Source of the DNA: Vitrella brassicaformis CCMP3155
Taxonomy: Eukaryota; Protista; Chromerida
Reading direction: 5' to 3'
NCBI GenBank assembly: GCA_001179505.1
Contig: CDMY01000303.1
Span: 62,001-126,000 of the forward strand
Length of the DNA: 64,000 nucleotides
Shown here: positions 39,231 through 48,820 of the stretch, piece by piece
How the letters are laid out: every line of letters starts with the position of its first letter
Numbering within the stretch: the stretch's first letter is position 1
Position numbers and translations under genes: made by a program
The notes under the pieces: model-generated
Seen by the model: only the letters and a program-made list of their open reading frames with translations
Told to the model about the DNA's origin: nothing
Database searches by the model: none

Positions 39231-39530
39231 NNNNNNNNNNNNNNNNNNNNNNNNNNNNNNNNNNNNNNNNNNNNNNNNNNNNNNNNNNNNNNNNNNNNNN
39301 NNNNNNNNNNNNNNNNNNNNNNNNNNNNNNNNNNNNNNNNNNNNNNNNNNNNNNNNNNNNNNNNNNNNNNNNNNNNNNNNNNNNNNNNNNNNNNNNNNNN
39401 NNNNNNNNNNNNNNNNNNNNNNNNNNNNNNNNNNNNNNNNNNNNNNNNNNNNNNNNNNNNNNNNNNNNNNNNNNNNNNNNNNNNNNNNNNNNNNNNNNNN
39501 NNNNNNNNNNNNNNNNNNNNNNNNNNNNNN
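39231..39530. other. Assembly gap (300 N)
   Basis: Run of N; it hides the 5' end of the arylsulfotransferase gene. Confidence 0.99.
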
Positions 39531-41590
39531 CCCTACCTCCTGGTCCTGGACAACCGGGGCGACATGGTCTTCCACCTGCGGCTCAAGGACAACATCTCCA
39601 TGGCGGGGCGGGCCAACTTCGACATCAACGCCAATGGCCACATGGTCTTCGGCCTGTCGGAGGTCGACAAGAGCTACAGATTCGTCCGCAAGAACACCGC
39701 ACCGCACGGATACACAGCCGACTGTGAGTGAGGCCACACCCCACCCCACCCCACCCCACCACACAACGATGAGTGGGTGGGTGGGTGGATGGATGGATCG
39801 ATGGGCTGCTCTTCGTTGTTTCTCTCAGCGCATGACTTCAAAAAGCTTGCTTCAGGTGAGGGCGTGGCGGTTGCTGTCGCGTGTGGTGTGGTGTGGTGTG
39901 GGGAGGTGTGCGAGTGCGATGCGCTCTTCCCATGCATACTTAATCAATCTGTGTGTGCGTCAGGCGGGTCTCTCTTTCTGCACAAGCTTCGCGAGATTGT
40001 CTGGCACAAAGGCCACCAAGTGCCGCTGCAGGTAGCAGCCGTCACCGAAACCGATAGGTCCGTCCGTCCGTCCAAACACACTCCCAGCCCGGCCGGCCCC
40101 ATGAGCACAGACCTGCCTGCTTCTGTCTGTCTGTCTGTCTGTCTGTGTGAGTGCTCTCAGGAAGGGCACTGTGATCTTTGAGTGGCGTGCGTGGGACCAC
40201 TACACCATTGATGAGCTCATGCGGTTCTCCATCGTGCTGCAGTCCGCAGGGCCCAGCCAAAGACGCAAGTCCGACAAGATGCACCCCAACTCGGCCTCAT
40301 TGACCCCCGACGGCCACCACTGCTACTCCTTCAGACAAATGGGTGGGTGGGCGCGTGTGTGGTGTGCCTTTCGCGCGCCATCCGGATGGGCCAAAACTGC
40401 CAGCGCATAGAGACCATCCATCCCATATACCTCTTTGTGTGTAGGAGTGGTCAAGGTGAATCGCAACACGGGCGACGTGATATGGCGGTTCGGCGGCAGC
40501 ACGGCCAACAACCAGTTCCGGTTCGTTAACGACCCGCGGGGCTTCGCGCACCAGCACGACGCCAAACTCACCAAACCCAACACAGTCATCATGTTCGACA
40601 ACCGTAAGCAACAGAGAGAGCACACAGGACCTTAAACCCTCCCCTCCTCCCTCCCCTATGTGTGTGGTCAGATCCCTACGCTTATCCCAAGAGGGGTCCG
40701 TCGTATTCCCGCATGGTCGAGTACACTCTCGACCCGGTCAAGATGACGGCCCGCAAGACGTGGGAGTACGACGCCGGCAAGAACATCTTCTCGCTCGGCA
40801 ACGGCGCCGTCAACGCGCTCCCTAACGGCAACAGGGGAATCGGTACGTACGTGGCTATCCATGTGTGTGTGTGTGTGTGTCTGTGCCCATCGATGGCGAT
40901 CGATGTGTGGATCGGATGGGAGGCTGGGCGGCTCTCTCACTTCACTCGTGTGTCTGTGGGGACATGGCATGTGTGTGTCTCAATCAATCAGCGTGGGGCG
41001 GTCTGGGTTTGAGCCCTCCCATAGCGCAGGGCGCCACCACCCGGTGGAGGCCCCTCGCAGACCCACTCTACACCGAAGTCACGCCATCCGGTATGTATAC
41101 ACACATAAAAGACACACAAACACACAGAGACACAACCACACCAACACGCACCGGTCCATGTCTGTCTGTGTCTGTCTGTCTGTCTGTCTGTTCAGGCGAG
41201 AAGGTGTTGGAGATGTATTTCGAGGACGGCGCGGCCTCCCAGCAGGTGTACAAGGTCCCCACTCACCAGTGGCGCGCCACACCCTTCTGGCCCCCAACCG
41301 CACTCATCGCCAAGCACGGCCACCCACACCACGGCCAACCGTCGTCCCGCCTCCACTTCAGCTGGAACGGCGCCACCACCGTGAGGTTCTGGCGCGTCAT
41401 GGTGGCCAAGAAACGGGCCCAGAGTGCGTGGCGCAAGTTCTGGGAGGGCCCGAAACACCAGTTTGAGCAGTGGGTGGATGTGCCGGAGACAAGCGGGGCG
41501 TGCGCGTTTTACCGGGTGGAAGCGCTTGACGGCAAGAGGCGGGTGCTGGGGGTGTCGAAGCAAGTGGCCACGGAGGGGTGCCGGAAGTGA
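39531..41590 (+). CDS. Arylsulfotransferase (ASST, PAPS-independent beta-propeller family)-like protein, 5' end in gap
   Basis: HDFKKL, VIFEWRAWDHY, KMHPNSASLTPDGH, VVKVNRNTGDVIWRFGG, FAHQHDAKL...IMFDN, YSRMVEYTLD, GAVNALPNGN, YKVPTHQWRATPFWPP, LHFSWNGATTVRFWRV, FYRVEALDGKRRVLGVS. These are typical motifs of the Arylsulfotransferase_2-type family. Confidence 0.85.
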
Positions 41591-42218
41591 ATGGACGGAC
41601 AACTAACTGTGGGTAGGTGGGTCGGTGGAGTGGGGGTTGGTGTGATGTGAGCGTCGCCACTCAGTCACGAAGTCGGGGTGTCGATAGATAGATGTGATGA
41701 TAGTGGTGCCTGCCTGCCTGCCTGCCTGAATACGTGTGTGTGCGCTGATGCGTGTGGATGGACGGACGGTAGATCAGATAGAGTGGCTGTTGAACGAACT
41801 GTCTTTCTCTTTATGGGTGGATGATGCCTGGGTGGCTGGGCTGCCCAGCCAGCCATTTCGATCCTCATTGGCCTACGGGGCACTCACTCATACCATTTGT
41901 AAGTGTGCATCTGTCTGTACTGTGGACGGACGTAGCGCCTGCCTTCCTGGGGGTTTGCGTGTATCTGTCTGTCTGGCGTGCGGGATGCATGTGTGTGTGC
42001 GTGTGCAGAATGCGCCTCCACATACACTACACCACACCACAGCACACTTCAGCGAGATTCGCTGCTGTATTTGTCCATCTCTGACATGCATGTGTGTGTG
42101 TGTGTGTCGGTGTTTTTGAGAGCCAAGTGCGGCGGCGGGTACGGTGCATGGGTTCGCGTGATGGACGGAGACAGGGGGACAAATGGGTGGGTGGTGTGGT
42201 TGATAATGGATGGATCGC

Positions 42219-43595
42219 TGCCTCGCTGGATGGATGGATGGCTGGCTGGCTGGAGGTGCCTTCGTGTGTCGGCGTGTGCGCCACCCACTCCTGCACACGT
42301 GTAGTCTGAGGATTATAACAAGTGACTGACGAGAATGTGAAGAGATCTTCACTCACCCTGTGGTGACTACACACTGACGTACATATGTGTGTGTGTTTCA
42401 TTCATTCAGTTGGCCATCGTCCATCAGACCGGTCGGCCGATATATAGACATTTAAGAATTCTATGTATCGACAGACGCACAGATAGACAGACAGACAGAG
42501 ACAGTCATGCCGGCACGACAAACACATGCGCACGCATCAATCCCTCCCTCCCTTAAGCAGAGCCCTCGCTTGGTACGTACGTGCGGGAAGAGCGACCCAC
42601 ACATACATAGGCAGGCAAGCAGGAACGACACACACAGAAAGGCAGGTTTACACGCAGACGACGCAGCGCCACCCACACACGCATCAGTCCGTCTATCTAT
42701 CCCTCTTCGCACGCAGAGGCAGTGTGTCCGTCTAGACAGCAGGCGTGTAGGTATGTTATGTACACACAGAGAGAGAGATGGATACATACAGCTGTAGTAA
42801 CCCCCCTCTCTCCGTCCCCTCGGTTGGTTGATTCTTCTACGGCTAGCTAAGAGCGGCAGATCAGCAAGTGTGTTAGGTGTAGTCGCAGTAACACTCCCCT
42901 TGGCAGATTGAGGACGTGCAAAACTTGCCCCACATGCACCTTGAGGACAATTCGGGGCCGGTGCAGGGGTTTGGATGTCTGTCCCGCATGCACTCCTCCT
43001 TAGTCTTGAGCGACGAGCAGTCGAAGTCGCCCTTCATGCCTACAGACAGGTGAGCCCACCCACATAGACAGACAGCACAGACAGACAGAGAGTGAGGGAG
43101 GGAATGCAACCGAAGCTTAGATGTATTATCTGCATTGCATGCGGACACACATCTGTCTGTAGTGTAACTGTGATGCTGTGGAGCCGTTGTTGGGCGTTGT
43201 TGATGGTCTTGAGTGCCGTGTGTGCCATCGTCTGAGCCGTCTGTGTCATCGTTAGCGCCGCAGCCATCGTGTTCTTGGCGTGAGCCACCTGCTGCTTCAC
43301 GACCGACAGCTGGAACTGATGGCCAGAGACGCCTGCACACAAACACACATTGCACACACCGTACGGCAACACAGATCCATCCATCCATCCATCCATCCAT
43401 CCATCCATGCCGCCACGTGCGCAGTGCATTCACCTCGCACCAGCTGTGTGTGTCGTGCATGGCTGCCGCGCACACCTTTGCTGTGGGTGCGGGCGGTCTG
43501 CAGGCGGGAAATCTCGTCAGTGCGGTCCACAAACGATGCATCTGCACACAGCGGACGGGAAGGTCAGCCACATATGGCTCAGGAGTGATGTATAC
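42219..43595 (-). repeat. Inverted segmental duplication, arm B (partner 7634-9023)
   Basis: Reverse-complement match to arm A. Homology stops abruptly at 43595, inside intron 1 of the peptide gene. Confidence 0.9.
42873..43541 (-). pseudogene. Secreted Cys-rich peptide family copy 2: lacks exon 1 and has a mutated splice donor
   Basis: Exons 2-4 are present (DASFVDRTDEISRLQTARTHSKG / GVSGHQFQLSVVKQQ... / GMKGDFDCSSLKTKEECMRDRHPNPCTGPELSSRCMWGKFCTSSICQGECYCDYT*). The exon-3 donor reads TT at 43167-43166 where copy 1 has GT (8044-8045). The signal-peptide exon is replaced by unrelated sequence beyond 43595. Confidence 0.8.
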
Positions 43596-45108
43596 TGTGA
43601 GGGTCGGATAAATGGGACGCTGCTTATATGGGAAAATCGTTATATGGGAAAATCCCATTTAACCGTTTACTTTGTGGATGTTGCACATTTACAAGCAGGT
43701 GACATTCATTCATTGTGAGCCGTCGCAATGACCTGCATGATGTCCAGCGTGCCTCACTGATCACTGTGAACCAAATTTCACCGTCGAACACCCACAAACA
43801 GCCGAGATCGGGGCCGCCGAATTGGGGCCAGTGAATCACAAGAGAAGCAGCGATGCGAACAAGCAGCGGAGCACCATGAATGGCTCTCCTCTGAGCACAG
43901 CGTAGCATTTGCAGTGAAACAGCGACACAACAACCATTGTCAGACGCGCAGGAGGCCGCCTGCGGCCCTCCTCACCAGCGGAGTGAGGAGTGCTTCTACG
44001 GAGAGCCTCTCCGCCTCTCTCGACAGCCATAGACGTCACTATCGCATCGTCCGTCCCCCCTCTGCTCAGCGATGAGCTTCTTCGACGGCGTGCGGCGCGA
44101 TGTACGTCTCGCGTACGGGCCTGGCAGTGGGCTGGAGAAGGTCTCCCGCGTGCTGCACCTCAGCACTGACCTCTATTGGCCAGGTGAGAGGACGGGCAGG
44201 GCGGAAACGGGATACACTCTTCAACAGGTTGATGTGTGCAGCTCCAGTCATTCAGCGCCTGATCAGCCATGTCGACACGACGTCGGCAAGCTCAATCAGA
44301 CACATGCGGGAGGATAGGTGTATAGGCTGAAATACTGTGTCGCGGCCATCAGCACGGTGAGAGAAGGAGATGGCGGCAATGCGGCCAAACGAAGCATCAA
44401 CACACCTGCCAGACAGACAGACAGACACAGGAGCACTCAGACGAGTACTGTAGAAGGTGTGAACAGGATAAGCAGGGGGGCGTTCATTCAAGATTTGACC
44501 GCTTGTTCGTTCGCATATGCACATAGCTATCAATCAATATACACAAATAGATAGAGAGATATGTATATATGTACACAGCTAGTCAGTCAGTCAACACGCG
44601 CACGCATCAGGCAGACGGCAGGTACGCAAACGACGCACCGCGACACACGCACGCGACACACTCACGCAGACAGCAAATCGTATATAAGCTCCTCTGGCCT
44701 ATGAACGTGGGAGGGGCAGTGATAGGAATGCAGAGAATGAGATAGGCACGACAGACACACAGGCAGGCAGGCAGGCAGGCAGACAACGCAAACGACGCAC
44801 TACCACACCCATCAGACACACGCACGCAGGCCGACACATACAGACAGGCAAGCACGCACACAGTGCATACGCACACGCCGTTAAAGGCCATCCATCCAGT
44901 GAGTGAGTGCTTAAACAATAGCCAGCCGTGGGTCGGTCGGGTCATTGGTTGGTTCGCTCAGCCCTCTTCCTCTCTCCCTCCCTTGTAGCTACCCCCGGAC
45001 GTGCTTTCTCTCAGCCCTTCCCTTTGCTTTACACATCTGCTTTTACATATCTGTTGCTGTGTGCGTCTGTTCTAGAGAGAAGCGGGATGTGTCGGGCTAA
45101 AAATCTTA

Positions 45109-45302
45109 TCACTCCGCCTCATTCAGTCTCTCCATCTCTCTGCTTCCCTCCTCGTCGTAGAGGTTGCAGATGCACCCTTTGTCTTTTGTCCACTTGCAGG
45201 CTGAGTGTCGTTCTTTGTTTTTCGCACACCCCTCCTCCCAGCCCATCCAGTTGTTGGTCAAGCAGCTACCGTGGTCCGTGTTCACACCGCAAGGGTTCTC
45301 CC

Positions 45303-45337
<35 letters not shown>

Positions 45338-45966
45338 AAAGGAGGTGCTCCATATCTCCTTGCAAACACTTGCGTGGGCCAGATCTCACCTTTGAACTCC
45401 TCCCGGTGCGAGGATCCGCCTCATTTGCCCGTGTCGCCCGCCTCCTTGGAGGCCACGTGTTGCTGCAGCTGCTCGATGGAATTGAGTGCGCTCGTTGCTG
45501 TGGTCTTGGAGACGTTCCTCATATTGGTAAGCCCCCGATCCATCATGTTGGTAAGGTTCTTCACTTTGTTGTGGATGAGCGCCAGCTGCTCCTCGACGGA
45601 CGGATCGCCAGCAGAGAACGCGCCACCGGCAGATGCAGCTGCACACACACACGCGCGCGCACAATGCATCCAAGCCGCACACATCCAAAGACACGTGCAC
45701 ACCTTTGTTGCTGTGGGTGCCTGCGGTCTGCAGGCGGAAGATCTCGTCAGTGCGGTCCACAAACGACGCACCTGCACACAGCGGACAGGAAGGTCAGCCA
45801 ATATGGCTCAGGAGTGATGTATACGCCATAGATCTGATCAGATGCACCCACCAGTATGGCAGTCGTTGCCCTCGCAGTAGTCGCTGTACGTGGCCGAGGC
45901 CACAGCTACGGAACATACGGCCGCCAAGGCGATGAGGAACGCACACATGGTCATCACTCCCTTCAT
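45109..45966 (-). CDS. Secreted Cys-rich peptide family copy 3 (in-frame TGA at 45423-45421)
   Basis: MKGVMTMCAFLIALAAVCSVAVASATYSDYCEGNDCHT / DASFVDRTDEIFRLQTAGTHSNK / AASAGGAFSAGDPSVEEQLALIHNKVKNLTNMM...GDTGK*GGSSHREEFK / GENPCGVNTDHGSCLTNNWMGWEEGCAKNKERHSACKWTKDKGCICNLYDEEG...AE*. The 5' flank aagagcgttttcgatttggttgctgg is shared with copy 1. Confidence 0.8.
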
Positions 45967-46843
45967 CCCCGCCAGCAACCAAATCGAAAACGCTCTTTTC
46001 CTGGACGACTGAGTGGGGGATTGGGAGCGGTTCCTATACAGCCGGCCAGATTTCGTGGAACCGAGAGCGGTTTCACGGAACTTTTCACATTCGTCAGCTC
46101 ACTAGTGCCTACCGAGACCTGTCGATCTCTCTTTCTGTAAGCTGCTGCCCTTGCGTCGTTATTCGAATCGTTTCGTCCCCCCACTCATTCAATAACTTCC
46201 TGGCCATTCTCGAGTCAGTCTGTTTCTCGTGAGACCGTGTTCCTGACTGACGTGAAGGCAGGCGTGTGCTGGCTGCAGTCACCGCAGCCCCCTGATTGAT
46301 GGATGTGACCACGTGCACACAAGCCATGCAGCCCTGGCCTGCAAACACATCTCTCACCCCTCCCGCTTGGCTTGCTCCCGCCTCCCCTTCTCTCTCTCAC
46401 ACACATGCGCACACGCGGTGCCCTCTCGTGGATATCCATGCGAGCAACTGTCGGCGTCCCGCATGTGCGCAACACAGAGAAATCACCTTCGATCTGCCTC
46501 AGACAGAAAGGGGGACCTGACCTCTTCTTACGCAGCGCAACAAACAGCGACAAATGCGACCACCGTTCGCTCGTTCGCTCCTCCATTGCTCTGTCTAGAG
46601 AGAGAGCATCACGCACATAATGATACATACATAGATACGTACACACAATACGCACACACACACACGCGCGGCCAGGTTGTCCATCTGGCTGCCCTCCCCT
46701 CCGTGTCTCTCTGCCCGGCTGCCTCCCCCTTCCTCCCTCCCTCCCCGTCCATCCATCCATCCACCATCCATCCATCCATCCATCCACTCTTTCATCCACC
46801 CGGTGCGTCCGTCATGCACGCGGTGGGTCGATCCATCGATCGA

Positions 46844-48564
46844 TCAGTCGCATCCGGCTTCTATCAGCTTCTTGGCGTCGTCTTCCGGCATGTGGGCGTT
46901 GCACATGATGCCTGCAGTGAGTGCCACACACACCAGCCAACCAGCCAACAGAGAGAGCGCGTGATTCGATGGATGGATGGATGGATGGCTTGGTGTGCCG
47001 CATTTACCTGATCCGAACTCGAATCCCGCGACCGGCCAGCTGTCAAGGCGCGGGAAGATCTCCACGTGCCAGTGGTAGTAACAGCTCGGGTTGTACACCT
47101 GAGAGCATGCCATGCCATGCCATGCACCAACAGCACATACATACATCCTTGCAAGAAAGACCCCATTAATTACACCACATGACATGTGACACCAACGTCT
47201 CTGTCTTCACGCACCGACGCACCGACGCACCCACAGCCACCATGTATGTATTGTATGGGATTGATATATTGACTGACCTGGTTCCTGGTTCGGTGCAGGT
47301 GTGCGGTCCTGAGGACCAAGTTGTAGTCGACGTCGCCGAGCGCTCGGTTGATCCGCTGGAAGACCCGGTGCAGAATGCGCCCGAGGGCGCGCAGCGTGTC
47401 GTCGTCGATGGACAGGAACTGGTAGTTGTGGCGCAGAGGCAGCAGCAGAATCTGATACGGGATGTGAGCCGCGAACGGAACTGATTGATGTTCGTGATGA
47501 ATGGAAAAGGCAACAAAACGCCCACAGACACACACACACTCTCAGACATCCAAGTATCCATCGGCCGATCTGTCTGTCTGTCTGTGGTACTGACTGACCA
47601 ACAGCGATGAATTGGCTGTCGAGTTCGACGATGCGCACTTCCTCCTTGAGCTCGAGCTTTATGTAGTCGCAGAAGAGACAGCGCCCGTTGGTCTGGAAGT
47701 ACTCCCTGGCCGTGTCGGTCAGCTTGAGCTGCTGGTTGGGCACTATCGGCAGGCCGATTATCTGCGAGTGGGGGTGCACCATGGAGGCGCCCCCGAACAT
47801 GCCCACGTTCTTGAAGCACAGGAGGCTCTGGATGAGGGGAGAGGTGGTCAGCAGCAGCCCCCTATCGCGGAATGCCTTGAAGAGCATCTCCCAGTAGACG
47901 GGCGTCGTGTGGCCGATGGGCAGGTTGTGGGAGGGGTGGTCCACCACGACCTCGTGGAAGCCTGTCGCCTCCAGCAGCAGCTTACCGCGGGCCCGGGCCG
48001 TGTTGAGGCAGTCGACCAGCTCGTTGCACTCCATGCTCATGATTGACGCCGCAAAGGGGTACTGAAGCGACTCGTCGGCAATACAGTTCGAAGGCGCAAC
48101 CACTGACACACACACACACACACACATCCAGACAGACAGACAGACAGATTGACGGTTGCTGGCTCTGTCTGCGCACCAGGGAATTTGTTGGGCAGCACAT
48201 ACAGCTCGAAGTCGTCCTTTGGGGCACAGGTGGGGTCGTGGTCGCTGGCCCGCAGTGTGAGCAGCTTGGCTGGTAGCTGCCCCTCGTTGCCCTTGCAGAA
48301 GGGGCAGTTGGCACTCCACTGCGGGATCTTGCTCTTGTCCATCCCAACCTCTGGCCGCATCTGTTGCGGCCGCTTCCGGCGCTCCACACCCGGGAAAGCT
48401 ATCCAATCGTTGGTGCAGATGTTGTGGCGGAACGTCGCGAAACACCGAATGCCGGACCGCTGAGTGGGAGGGCTGAGAGGGAGGGAGGGGGGGAGGGAGG
48501 GTGACGGGGGAGCGGCTGCAGCGCGCCGAGATGAGGAGCCGCTGCAGCACCGGCGGAACAACAT
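46844..48564 (-). CDS. galT: Galactose-1-phosphate uridylyltransferase-like HIT-family nucleotidyltransferase (plant ADP-glucose phosphorylase / prokaryotic GalT type)
   Basis: RRKRP, CPFCKGNE, VLPNKFP, GFHEVVVDHPSH, FKNVGMFGGASMVHPHSQI, CLFCDYI, PFAAHIPYQILLLP, YNLVLRT, YHWHVEIFPRL..AGFEFGSG. Start codon uncertain. Confidence 0.9.
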
Positions 48565-48820
48565 CCGTCGCTCCGATGAGGCAGGGACGATGCAGGTCAC
48601 GTGTGAGATGAGTCAGCACTATGGAAATCGCTCATGCTGCTTCATTCTTCGTAATTTCTTCTTCTAGAAGTCGTGAATGGGCAGAAGGCGCTTCCCTTCT
48701 TGCTCTCCGTCTTCGAGAGCGGTTACACGGAACGTCAGGGTCAAACCCTGCTGCGCCTGCTGTAGGGTACAGGTGCGGAAGCGATGACCGCAGTCAGCTA
48801 ACCAGCTCACAGGTCGCGAG

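Noticed and set aside
44072-44181. Exon-like ORF start MSFFDGVRRDVRLAYGPGSGLEKVSRVLHLSTDLYWP followed by a gtgag donor
   Set aside because: No convincing downstream exons or recognisable domain; it may be a gene relic within the rearranged segment.
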